From contig JAADVB010000032.1 in the NCBI GenBank assembly GCA_023334545.1, positions 43,306-107,305 on the forward strand: a stretch of 64,000 nt of DNA, written 5' to 3'. The stretch is from Salisapilia sapeloensis CBS 127946 (lineage: Eukaryota > Protista > Oomycota). A program made the position numbers and the translations under genes. The stretch's first letter is position 1. Each line of letters opens with the position of its first letter. This document shows positions 19,798-33,500 of this stretch, in pieces. Below the pieces are notes generated by a model. That model was not told the DNA's origin and did not search any database. It worked only from the letters and a program-made list of their open reading frames with translations.

Positions 19798-21234
19798 ATG
19801 AAGCAAGTGAGAAATACAAACCACGACAAAATTGGAAACAAAGATCGATCTATGAGAGCTCATATAGAGCTCCAGAGCTATCGACTAACTGGCTTCTCAA
19901 GATCACCCGCATGCCTACTAGCACTCGCTGGAGCTTTCGTCTTTCTCATCTTTCAAATCATTCTTTGGAACGGAACCCCTACCCAATCTTCAGTTAAGAC
20001 CACTGAATACAGTCTACAGGACTTTAAGTGGCCGGCGGCGGTCGTGCTGAATGGAAACCCATCGAAAAGCAAGGCAACCTTGCCTCGCGAATATCCGAAC
20101 AATGCCACGAACTTGTTCACATGTGACCTACCTTCGTTGCGATATGGATGCGACATGAACAGCAAAGTTGGTTGTCAGGCATATCCGCAACTCTTTGCAA
20201 TTGGGGATTTAATCAACAACTGGTCACCCGAAGAGCCATCGCCTCCGTCGACAACCTTTGCAAGTATTTGTCGGTTTAATATCTCTTCACCAGTGAGTAC
20301 TTTCATTGAAATCTTGTGATCATCTACTGATTGATTTATGAGATAGTATGAATTCGAGCTGGCTAAAGTCTTCCGACAAATGGAAGTCCCATTTGTCGCT
20401 TACGGTATTCCGGAGCTCGATCGAGCGTCGAAAACGTGGACGCACGAATATCTCACTGAAAAGCTCACTAGTGACGAAGCGTACGTTGTCCATGTCACCA
20501 AGACTAGCCACTACATGTATCACGATCAGATGGGGAGTTTTGAGGAGGATTCCCTTCCATACAAAGAGCAGATGCTGACCTACCCAGCTTTCTTGGATCT
20601 CATCTCTAAGGCCGCGAGCACGACAGGTTCTCCGTTTTACTACCTGTTGCTGCACAACAGTGATATCAGCAACTTTTCGAGTTTCATTCACGAAGACCTC
20701 TCATTCTTTGACCCGTACGTCGTCGCGTCCAGTGCAAACCCGTATGGCGACTTCTTTCTACGTGATCCTGAATGGGCTGATGAATTTGGCATAATGGTAT
20801 GCTATTGTGATATAGTTTGCAAGTCTACATCTACTAATGTTCAGGAATGTGTATAGGTACGCAATGGAATGAAAGGTATTGTCACAGAAGGCCATGTGGA
20901 CGCCTCTTTGAACATGGTAGCAATGGTGCGAGGTGCTAAGAGATACATTATTGCACCGCCAAGCAGTTGTCACTGCCTTGATATACTTGAAAACGGACCT
21001 TCAGCGCGACACACCAATACTAACTGGTCGGATTACCACAGCTTATCAGAGTCCCAGAAAGCTTGTCAAGTGACGGAAGTGGTTCTTCGTGCAGGCGAAG
21101 TTTTATACCTGCCGTCTGTGTGGTATCACCACATCACTGCACTCGAAGAAAGCATCCAAGCAAATGCCCGATCTGGTTTGATCATCCGTCCGGAAATGGA
21201 ACACTACATGGCTACTTGTGGTCTGGCTGATTGA
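19798..21234 (+). CDS. JmjC/cupin-8 2-oxoglutarate Fe(II) oxygenase with N-terminal signal anchor, 3 exons
   Basis: Phase-0 introns 20293-20346 and 20797-20856 join three ORFs in frame. HxD (EGHVD) and distal His (LYLPSVWYHHI); hydrophobic LLALAGAFVFLIFQIILW near the N-terminus. Confidence 0.85.
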
Positions 21235-21538
21235 CATGGTGGATAACTAACCCTTCCAATCATTGATGTCTTTCTTTTATCGTTTGATTTATCTTTAGAA
21301 ATGTGCTGTACCATTAATGTTTTAAAGCATATATGCTCGATACATAGTTTTTAGGCTACAGATATGACAAGAAATGGACGAAGTCACTCGGATTGAAGTC
21401 ATTGGAAGTTGAAGTCAACTCTCATCTTCATCTCAACTTCAACACTTCGGTATGATCTTTCCGCACGAAGCCAAACTACGAGGCTACTAGAAGTACTATT
21501 TAATAGTTATAAAGCACGAAAGAGTATATTCTACTTGC

Positions 21539-24500
21539 CTAGGTGTCTGTCTGCATGATGATTGCAGTGCCTGAAAGAACCCACTTGGATTTGGGGTCTA
21601 AAGTTTTCATTGTTGCCAAGACGACAAACGTCGGGCCTCTTTGCGTAGTCTGGTACACCGGGCAATCGTAGATATCCTTTTGTCGGCGGAAGTAGCCAAC
21701 ATTGGTTTCTTCCCATTTTTCGTCCACTGGAACAGCTCGGACGTACAAGACTGGCAACAAGGGCAGCAGCTCTTTCGGCCTCGGAGCCGCCAAGTTGCCA
21801 CCGCATACCACTCCATCAACGTTTTCCTCAGTCGACCCACGAGCACTATCTGCCTCCATAGGAAGTTTCCATCGAGCACCGTCAAGATACAATCCATGCA
21901 CAAAGCTCCCCATTTCCGGATAGAGCTCTGTACTTTCAGCTTGCTCCATCGTCGTGACATGGGTTTCCAGCGTGATGCCATCTAACGCCATACCATACTT
22001 CCGTGCATTAGCCAATTTTATCGCTGTCAAGAACGCAGCTGGATTCGAAAGTCCGGATAGCCATGTCGAATACGGCAGTTTAAATTCTACTATCCAACCT
22101 TTGATAAACGTCGCTCGGTCGAGTAAATTTGCAAACCACGCACTCAAGCTTTTAGTCGACCACCAAGCATGCTTTTCCCACGAGCAATGGTGGAGTATAT
22201 TTCTTCCTGGTACTTGATTAATCGAAAGCGCTTGGAGTAAATCCTCCATTGCATCGGTCATGTTTAGTGTCCCATGAATGCCCTTCACTAACTCTACGAG
22301 CGATGTATGGATTTCTGTCATCAATGTATGCATGTGAACTGCCTCTTGTAGAGCAACGATAACGTATGGAGATTCCGGAGTTGATAGAAGAGGCTCAGCT
22401 TTCTCCTTAAGTGCTGACAAGTCAATCTCGGGAGGAAGTTGTTCCAACAATGCGCTGATAACTCCAAGCACAACAGCATGGTCGGAAGCACCATCTTCTT
22501 CATTCGACACCTCTTCTGCCGATAAGCCTTGATTATTTCCATCCATATTTGGTTGAAGCAAAGCGATGGCATTAAAGAGGTTATTCGCAGCAGTGATCAG
22601 GTATCCGATTTCTGCATTCGGATGGAGACCATACATGGTCGGAGAATCATCCGAGAGGTTTGAGTCGATGAAGGAACTATACCTGGAATAGGTGCATCCG
22701 GAAGGTTCAGGCGGAGCAAATCCAGCTATTAGTGTCTTACCTTCTAAAGCTTCGAGTTTAAAGACGTTTTGGAGGTAACAATGGTTCGTGACGCGGTCCA
22801 TGTGATCTGTGATGTGACCACCGTACATGATCTCACCAAATATGTATCGTAAATCTTCCCAAGGCGGCTGAGCCAGCTTGCTTTCCGGACCTAACGTTGC
22901 ATTGTCCATGTATCGACGTAAGATGTCAGAGCAGATGAGAAGATCGCCGGTGCTGAAGCTGTACATGCGATTCCAGCCTTTACTTCCAAATCGTCGACGA
23001 CCGAGTATAAGTGCATGATACAGGCAAAGCGCAAAGAGCAAGCCCTGGTATTCCGCGGGGTGAGTGCAGGCATCAATGGTCTTTACTGAAAACTGAGCCC
23101 ATGCACGCTTTAGATTGCTTTTCAAGTCTGTAGGCGCTTCATTGGCTACTTTGATACAACTCTGAAGCAATGATTCTGGTAGTGTTTCAAGCGACGCCAG
23201 AGCTGGTGGCTCGGCGGACAAGAAGCATCTAAAGTTAGGGTCTGCTGATGTCGACAGCGTCTCGAGAGTCCGTTCAAGTTTACTCAACCAAGATGGCATC
23301 AAATGTATGTTCTGAAGGATGATCCAATTTCCCTCGGAAGCAAATCGGGATAGCATTGCGTTTGCGACTTCTTCTTGTCCCTGACCCATTGATAGATTTG
23401 CCAAGTTTCCACGTTCAAAAGTATAGTTAAAGCGGTTGCCAAGTGTCTCTATCCACACAGTAGGGTCCACGCCAGGAAACAGAACGAAAAACATTGGTGT
23501 GGAAGCACTTGTTTCTTGGTAAGTTGCTTCCATATCAAATGGAGGTTGGTAAATAAACTTCGCACCAAGGTGAGTGGTCACAAAGTTTTGCAATGCAAAG
23601 ACCATGCGGTCAGGCCGAAGCACACGTAGTAGCTGAAGAATTTCCACATCCGTCGCGGAGTTATTGTATGGTCGTGGTGGACGCGTGTGCTCAGGCTTTG
23701 CACATCCGAACCACTTGTTCCAATCTTCACTATCCGACTTCATAAACGTTGTTAGCTTTTTGAAGCTTGGTCTAGATCCTTCAAGTCTACGAAGCTGTAA
23801 AAAGGTAGCTTCACTCATCCATTCAGTCAGTACACCCATACCTTCGCCAGCATCGTTTGCACTTGCATTCGATACTAGTTGGTGAATATCCTCTTGTGCC
23901 ATTTTGCCTTCGCTTTGCAAAATCGAGAAGCATAGTAGTGAGGCTAACGACAGCTTGTCCATCTCAAAGAATCCACGGCGAATGTAGTTGAAAACAACAT
24001 CCGTGACAGAAGCTTCAAGCTGTTCGCACCTGGCAGCAATCTCTTCCGCGGACGGCAATTCTTCCGTCCAAGCTTCTTCTGACAACGTGTCGGTATTCTG
24101 GTTTTCATCGACAACACGATCAGCAAGAAGGAGATCGCTGTTCCATTGAAATCTCTGAGTAGCTATCACTTTTCTTGCTGCTGCCTTAAGCTTGCTCAAG
24201 AGGTTCGTCGGAGCTGCTGCATCTTTAGCCCCTTCTGAAACGACATCAATCCCGCGCTGAAAGATGACGACAAATGCGTTGAGTGAATACACGTAGAATG
24301 TGTGCATCCGACTAAGGGAACTCATGACAGAAAAGAGAAGAGCACCTCTAGAGGCCACTGATTGGTACTGCGCACTTAGCTCGTTAATCTGTGCTTCGTT
24401 CTTCTTCGCTTTTTCTGCTTTAATAGAGATCTCCACTGCCGTCGCTTTGGTAGTCTCCAGGTCAGTGATTACCTGGATATTCTCTGTGAGGTCACCTTCA

Positions 24501-27500
24501 GCTTCTGACAAACTCTGGAGTATCCGATCCTCTAGCTGTTGCAGGTGTACTTTAAATTCATTCTGCTGTTGAATAAGAGCAGTTCGTGCCTTTGCTTTCT
24601 TCGGCCACTCTTTACGAATAACGAGTGAAAGTAGTTGATCCTCTAGTCCTTTTTGCGTCACAGTAAAGTTGATCATCGCTGTCTCGGCCTGCACTTCAGG
24701 TTGGAAATGCGGATTTGAAAGCTTGGTATGCATGTAAAACCGAAATTCAGGCTGCATCTCGACCATCTTGTCTCCTAATTTAAGTAAAGTCGTATTTCCA
24801 CGCTTTGTTATATTCTTGGAGATAATCGGCCAGAGGCATATTTCGATTGTCTCTGTCATATTCTCAATGATCAGCGTATGGCCATTTTCAACAGCGGTTT
24901 CCACAAGCTGAGGTAGTTTAGCATAGTCTTGTCGAACGACATGAAGAGAGGACGGATCTGAACGATGGGCTGCTTTTTCCATCTCCCGTAGCCAATGGAT
25001 GCCTTGTAGCTGGGAGTCAATTAATAGAGGCCATCGGTTGCTACTCTTTAGAATCGCAGCATTTTCAGCCGAGACGCGGTCACTTGGTAATCCCATCGTG
25101 TTCCATTCTGCAATCTCTGCTTCCGTCGTTAGAACTTTTAACGGATCACAATCAAGAGACATTGGAAGAGATTCATCGTTCTCGTCGTTTGCAGCAAAGT
25201 GTGCTTTTATGTAAGGTAACCAACGCTGCATAAGCAATCGCTCTCGGAAAGGTTTTGTAAAGCCTGCAACATAAGACGTGAAGCTAGAAGCTACCATGAC
25301 ATCACAAACTAAAGTTTGGGATTGCTGATGGAGATCTTGTAACTGTACGGCCCATCTTTCTTTTTCACTGCTGAGTGCGTTTGTTAATCGTGTCGCTAGC
25401 TCAATCCGAAGACGACCTCTTTCAACCGTAGCTATCGTTTCCTCCACCTCACGATTGGTCTGTTCATATTCATCCGTCAAAGCTTTAAGTCTTTCCTCGA
25501 GCTGTTCAACTCGGCTATTCACAGCGACCAGCTTTTCGTTTGCACTCCGAAGTTTCTCTGTCGCTTCTGCCAATGCTTTCTTCTTCGGTTCAACAACAAC
25601 AATAGCATCATAATACGCAACAATGTTAATCACCCAAGCACACAGTCCAGCTGCAGCAGAATTTTTCTTCTCAATCGCTTCGACGTTGAAATGCTCTAAC
25701 AAAAGGAACGGTCGTACTTCTTTCCAATTAATATCTGGCACTTGATGATCATCAATGAGATTCTTAAATCCTTTCAGTTCATCTACAAACCCATTAATAT
25801 TCCCAAGTAGTGCCTTCTTTGATGTCTCCCATGACCGATCTTTATCTTTCACTTTGCCTGACTTTTGAATGACAATGTTCGGGTTCGTTCCTGCTAAAAG
25901 CACCATGACCGCACCAAAGATATCGCCAACACCTGCTGGAGGCTTCGTCATGGTCTTACAACTGCCCAAATCTTTCTTGTTTAAAGTGTCAAGCGCTGCC
26001 ATTGCAGCTTCCACCATGGGCTCTGCTTGAGCCAAGTCTGCCTCCGTGTCTTCTTTCTTTGCCGCTACCTCTGCTTGAATGATAGCGCACGACTCTTTCT
26101 CTTCATTCGCTCTCTGTGTTTCTCGCTCAACAATTATTTTATCTTCCTCGAGCCTTTTGGCTAGTTGCTCCACAACGACTTTCTTCGCTTCCGCCTCTGC
26201 TAAGGCACGATCGAGTTCAACTTTCATGTTTTCGACAACACTTTTCGTCTCCTCCATCTTTTCCAGCCCAGTTTTAAGTCGATGCACAGCTTGGATTTGT
26301 CTCGTATGATTTCGAAGGAGTAGAGTTTTGAATAGTTCTAAGCATTGGAGATACGATTTCGGTGTGGAGTAGATTCGTCGCTTCTCCTGTGAATAGAAAA
26401 ACTCGGCAGCTTCGTTAGTGGATTGATACGCGTACGGTAAAAACTGATGGCAGCAATCGAGTAATAAGTCGTTTTCAAGAAACAAATTATTTGTACGCCC
26501 GACTTCCTCGAGCGCCTGAACTGCAACTGAATGCAAGGCATCAGAAGGCCATGGCCGGAACCAGTCAATGGTCGTACAATTCACCAAGGCTGGGAACTTT
26601 TTTGCTCTAGAACGGAAGGCACTAGTTGCTGGCGAAAAGCATAATACGACGTGTAAATTTGCTTGAACTTCTTCCACAAAGAACTGCCAACAACGATCCT
26701 TCTCTGACAAATCAGAGTTGTTTAAAGCTGCCGACGTTATTGTGGCAGCAGACAAAGCTGCTTGTACCTTTGGCTGCATTTGCTGTGCAATGTTTGTCTG
26801 TTCATCAGCAGAGAAAAGGTCTGGGATCTGACCGTTGGAAAGCAAATCATTCATCTGCACAAGCATTCTCTCGTTCTTAATTTGACCGTCAGAGAAGAGA
26901 AAAACGATCTTTTCGCCTTTGACACCAGCCTTCTGCAGCATATTTTGTAAATCCGTCTTGAAATCAACTTGTGAATACATTGGCGTAATAATGATTTCGA
27001 CGACTGAAAAGCCTACAATGAATGCAGCAAGACGAGCGAGTGACTTGCGTCCACTGCCACCGACGCCAACAAGTAGAGCATGGCCTGCCGGACAAGAAAT
27101 AATCCGAACGATGCGAGCAATATGATCCAGCGCGTCTTGGAACAAAACCAACTCCATCTTTGGAAACATGTCGTTGTATTCAGTCAATGCATCCTCCGCG
27201 ATGTCGAGCATAGTCATGTACGACAGCACTTGGTCGTATTCGTTTGCGTTGAGACCCTCGGCAAAGTGGCAGAAGACTATAGGTTCCGTCGTTGTGGTCG
27301 CATTCAGTGAAGCATTTGGTGGAGAAAAGTATCGACTAAAATTAAGTGTTGAAAAGGTCTTTCGAGCTGTCTGTTGGACCATCGTGGATAGCTTTGACAC
27401 TTCCGACGTTGTAACTAGTCGATCGCCATACACTCTCATAGCTTCATGGGCCCATAGGAGCACGAACTTTGTGGACTCATCGAAAGTAGACGGTTTAGAC

Positions 27501-30500
27501 ATGAGTAAGCCTTGGAAGAGGTTAGCAAGGTGTCGAATATTAAACTCATAGTGAAAGTTTGCGGCAGTCTTGCGAAAGGTGCTGCATATTTGGGTATGTA
27601 GCCCAAGTGTTGCTTTGATAATAGGTGAGGATAGCTTCCGGATGTCTTCAACAAAGTCCGCAACATATCCATCTAGGAAAGTCGCAAAGATGTGCTGAAG
27701 ACTTGATGTACTTAACTGGGGAAGTGCAAACGTCGTAAAGTGTCGTTGGAGTCGGGGATTAATGGTGAAGCTACCGGCACTGGGGTTCATGCAGGTCAAG
27801 AATTGTACGTCCTGGACTTGTTTCATAGTAAATTTGCCACGATCATACCAATGACCGTAGTCAATCATCTGTCGAAGCAATGCAATGGAGCTCTGCGTGC
27901 TGTATGGATCCACGTATGGGAGGTTTAGATCATCCAGGAAAAGCACAAGCTTATCGCCTCCACTAGGCCCATGGACTGTCCCGATACGTTTTGTAATATT
28001 GGACTCAACAATTGTCTGGAGCGTCGCAGAGTCCGTGTAGAAATTAAAGTTAGCCTTTGCACTGCGCCATACCTTTCCTTCTCCTTCTAAGGCATTGGGC
28101 TGCTCCTTATTGGATGTGAGAGAATTGAGCACGCCATGAACAACTTGCGTTTTGCCGGTACCAGCGTGACCACAAAGCATAAACGGTTTCTCTTGACGTA
28201 TCATAAGCGCCATCCAGTGTGAGATAGCTGTCGTCTCTGGCGTCGGCACGGTTACAGAAGTCATGGCTACAGATCCATCGAAGCTTACCGGTTTAAAAAG
28301 TGGTGAAGACTTCCATGTCTCAAAGTTATATGACAAGGGGTTCAACCAGTAATCAAACACTGTCTCACGCGATGGTAATCTTATGTGTTTGAACTCGTTC
28401 CGCCACCATTCGCTGAAGAGCATCCGGTAGTCCATACCTTCGTCCGTTGTGGTCAATGGCCCGCCAAATGCCCAAACAGATGCAAACGCACACAACATTT
28501 CTAAGCGTCCAGCTTCCTTCATAATATCGTTTTCGACGGTACTATTTAAGAAGTACAGATAGCTTTGAACGAGAGTGATTGCTTCCAAGGGCACGATTGT
28601 CTTGCATTCACTCGATACAAAATTCAAACATGGCTCCACGTATTTCTTGACGACGTTGGTTAAATTCTGTCGTTGCTGCAAATCTTCTCCCTTGATACCT
28701 ACCCAGCTTGCGACAAATGACCGCCAAGCAACACCTTCATCACTGGACATGTACAATATTCCAGCGCGAGAGACTGTAGCTGGGGTAGCATAATGCAAAT
28801 CGCGGATCTCGAAAACTAGACGCATGCTTGGCTTTAGTGGAATACGCTCATTCGAAGCAAGTGTAAGCATCTTGTTGTCGTCCATAACCGAGTTCATTGA
28901 CTCGATCCAGTTTGCATCTAAATCACCGTCAAGAACGATCCATCGGGGAGGTCGAGAATCCGTCGTGGCGGCATTCATCGTGTCACGCATGATTTTTGAC
29001 AACAGTCCATCTTTCCATTCACGAGTGCCGAGCATCATATACCCGTACAATTCCTCCGTGGACACTGCTTTCGGATTTAGATCAGTCACTTTGATGCTAT
29101 GTGATTCTCCTCGTTTCTTGCTCGCCGCTACCAAAGTCTCGCAGCACTCTGTTTTTCCACAACCTGCAGGTCCGATCACAAAGACACAATGCCGGACAGC
29201 AAGTATTTCATCCAACTGCAAAACCTTACTACGAAAGTATTCATGCGGCCACAGCCCAAGTTCTTCGCTAGCGTTTTGAACGAATTTTTGCATTGCTTCA
29301 TCAATCTTTTTGGGCGGATTGATACCAGGAAACAGGTCATTTAATAATCCTGTAAACATCGGAAGGTCCTGCTCGACGATCTTAGGCACATTGAAATCTC
29401 GAAGTGACCGCATTAAAATCGCTTGCTCCGATAGTTTTGGCTCTGCTCTTTTCAACGCTCCAGCAACGACAAGCACGCTTTTGACGGCACGAAGTCCCCA
29501 ATCATAGTGCTCTTGCTTTGAAAGTAGCTCTTTTACAAGAGAATACAAAGTGCAAAATTTAGATGCGAGTAACTTGGCTTCTAGGAACCCTTCAGCCATT
29601 AGCATGTTCTCACAAATAAGCACAAGGTTCGGAGCCATCACGGTGATCGGTCGGAACAAGACCTTTAATCCTTCTGGAAGCTCCGATCGACCAAGGTATC
29701 CAGGATTCATTGTAATGAAGGCACCGCATGTGGGATCTAACCTGACACGATCTCCCTCGATTACCACTTCATCACTATCGGCTCGGATGCCATCACAAAC
29801 GGCTTTAAATTGCACTGAACATACAGATAGCACTTCTGGTGCCAAGCGATTGAATTCATCAAAGCATCCCCACGCTCCAGACGATGCGAGACCTTTAAAT
29901 ATATTTCCGAGACTCTTGTAATCCATCTCCGGTGAACAATTAAAGACATAACAGACTTTCCCCATTGCATTAGCCAGATCTTTTGTCGTTTCAGTCTTAC
30001 CGGTGCCAGCAGGGCCAGCAGGAGCACATCCAAGCTGCATTTTTAAAGCCTGGGTAGCTGTAACGTAGATGCGATCGGTCAGTGGCGTAATGACAAGCCT
30101 CGGACCATTGCCCAAGTATTCAAAGCCATAGTCAAAAGTCGCATCACAAATCTCCAATTGTGCCTTTACAGCATTCTTATCGCAGCGCTGTTTTAATTGA
30201 GATTGCCACAGAAAGGAGGAGGGAGAAGTGATCTTTTCCTTGATCAAGTCTTGCACGACATCTCTCGAGTGCGCATCCATTGTAATTAAACACATGACAC
30301 GTTGACGATCTGCTCTGGATAACGACGTTTGCGTCAATTGGATGAGATCGCTAAGCTGGATGCCTATCTTCTTTAGATACTCTGCCATCGCTGTCTCTTG
30401 GCCTTTGGCTAACAAGTTAAACGTGGATTCGACACCTCTGCAAAACTCGACTCCAGCAACGACGAGTGCAATTTGTGCTGCATCCATAGGTGATTGTGGT

Positions 30501-33500
30501 CCGCCTTTCGCGCTACCCCCACTCTCATCTGTCTCCATCTTTTGCAAAAGCCATTCAGCTCGATTTTGCTCGGGAAAGCGTACAAGACTGCGCTTTAAAT
30601 GATCTTTCAAGGTCAAGCGCATAGCTTCTAAGGTTGATTGCAAGTAGCTTTCTACTTTGCCAACGAGAGCAAATGGTTGCTCGAAAGGTATGTGTTCGGC
30701 GCCTGAATCACTTGAGACAAATTGGGTAGCGATCATACCCTCTGTGCTGGGCTCCAACATCAGTGTCTTTGTCGCGAGAAAAACCTTTTCGAGGTGCACC
30801 ATGACTGCCTTTGGATCGTTACCATTGGACAAGAGGTCGAGTAAATCGGCTTCGGACACAAAATAGAAGCGAGGGAAAAGCTGTCGCTTGAACTCAAGAA
30901 ACTCTTTCAAGGCATGCTGGCATTCCTCTAAGGAAGAAAGCAATCCTTTCAAAGCTTTCTCCAGTCCCGGCAACTCACAAGCAGATACCATATTTCCAAT
31001 ATCTTGCTCGTCTTTCATCTGCTTTAGAATCTTGCGAACAGTGGTGTCAATTTGAATAAACTTTGCCGCTGGCTCCGGTAGTTCCTTCTTAACTTCATCA
31101 GAACCAATGAACAACGGCTCGAGGTACGACCAAGTTCGTTGAATTTCCCCCAACATGGCAGAAACGTCAGCGACAAGTCTCAACTTAATCTGCCACGATT
31201 TCGCTAGGTCCAAGAAGAAGTTGTTTCGGGCAGATACCATCGTCTGGGTGACCAGTTGATCCGACTCGATCATTTCAGTCGTCTCCTCTGTCATATGCAA
31301 TAAATGTACGTCCGATTCTTTGTAGCTTTCGCTCGCAAACACAGCGTTGGACCAGCGGACGTCCATATCTTGTAAAGTAGCTTCTTGCTTTGCCTCTCGC
31401 TGTGCTTTGTCCGTAATCTCCTCGATTTCTCGCTGCCATTCGTGCAGATTTAAGGCCAAGATATCAGCAAAGCAAAGGTCAGGATCGTCTTCTGGGTAAG
31501 AGAACGTCTTTCCAGTCGTTTCCATCACCTGCGTCCAGTGCCTTCTGCGCATGGAAGGATGACGCAGCGCTTGCAACAGCGGACAAGTTGCTAGGAACTC
31601 CCTGACGAAACGATTAAAGTTTTTGAACGCATCACAATCTCGGATGTCCTTATGCACAGCTTTGACCTGTTGTAGGAACCCTTTGGCTTCTTCCTCTAAA
31701 ATTAAAGCATCCACCATACTCCATGGTAACTCACGTGCCATGTCCAGCTTCCGCGTAACATCATCAATAGATTCCCACAATTGCGTCACTTGACGTAAGC
31801 TTGCTTCCATCGATGCAACGATTTCTCCAGCAGTAGCTGTGAGTTCTTCATTGTCAAAGATTTGAGCAACGTGCCGTTTGTTCAAGTATATGCGCTCTTC
31901 CTCTTCTAAAGTCTTTCGTTCTTCTTCCAAGAGCTCAAATGCTCCATCAACACCAATTGCGTAGCTCCAAAATCCTTTTTCCTGTAGTTCAGCTGCGACC
32001 TGTTGTAGTCTTTCAGTATACGCTTCGATATCGTGACGAAGCTTTAGACTTTGATTAGAGATCAAAGGTGTGATTCGAGCCACTGCGGCAGGAACTTTTC
32101 TAACAACCTCATTCCATGTTGTTTCGATGGATAGCATCGTTTCTAGTTCGTTCGTAACGGTCACACCAATTTCTTGCAAGTAAACAATCTCCGCTTTGAG
32201 TTGTTCCATGTTCATTCGAATCTCATCTCCTCGCTTCTCGACATTATAAACGTGCTCCTTTAATTTAACAACCGCAGCAGTTGTCTGTTCTGGTGTCCAC
32301 TCGGCACCAGACAGTGATTGCTCCAATCCTTTGTTGCTATTGTACGTAAAGTCTTTCAACTCTTGTAGGTCGGCAATGACTTGGTCCATCACAAGCTTCC
32401 CACTCAACAAGTTGAAATCCCTCGTGACCATATCATTGAACGAAATCGCGAATGGTGATCCTCGGATCTGTCCTGGTTTCCCTCCAAAGGTCCCTTGGAA
32501 ATAGACCGTAATGCTGTACTCACCAGGCTTCGAAATAGTATAATTGACGATATATCGACCATCGTTTAAATCTTGGATCTCCAAGTTCGGTATAAATATT
32601 GCACCGACATCTTCAGAGAATACATCAACTTCAAAGACATCTCCACCGCAAGTACGTAATTGTCCATTTGCATCCCGTGCTTCGATGACAAAAGTAGTGA
32701 CTTCACCACTAGCCCCACCACAGAGCACACCAGGACCATAGGCAAATGATGCACTTGCATCCGTGACGCTGAAAAAGGTGAACGTTTGAAAGGTAGTCGT
32801 GAAGGAGTCGCCTTGCATCGCAACGCGCACTTGCACTTCCCCAGGTGGAAAGCTAGTAAAGTCAGGTGTCGTTACCTGCAACGTTTGTCCATTCACATAC
32901 TCTCCAGCGACGTCCACAAAGCCATCTCGACACCAGAAACGCACCACACTGGGCATGTTAACGAAGTCAATGCCTTCAACGACGAGCGCTGTACCACCGG
33001 TGATCGCTCCGAAAGTCGGAAAGATACCAGTAATTGCATACGGAGGTCCGACAACGCAGCTGACGTCCAGCATGTACAAGTCTTGAAGCCAAAGGTTCGC
33101 CCATCCTCCAAACACAAGCAGACGGCTACCTCGATCGTCATAAGCAAGTGTCGTATCTGACCGACCTTCCGGAAGAGCGCCACGGATGACGGGCGTAGAC
33201 CATGTAAGATCTCCACTATCCAGGATCACGATATCATTGCTGAAAGTGCCAGGATTGTTGTAATCATTTACGACACCCTTGACTCCACCAAATACAAATA
33301 TTTTCGCATTTGGAATCGCGAGCACGGCACACATGGCGTGGTTCCATCGGGGACGTTCACATGCCATGTGTGGACCTTCAACCATCGTCCACGTAGATGT
33401 CGTCGTATCAAATAAATACAGGTCGTTAAACTGCGAGACGCTGTTCCAACCGCCACAGATGATCATGAGGTCATCGACAGCACATGCTTGATGACCAGCT

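Noticed and set aside
21395-21440. GAAGTTGA/TCAACTTC near-inverted repeats between convergent JmjC and dynein genes
   Set aside because: Short and imperfect low-complexity sequence; bacterial-type terminators do not apply here.
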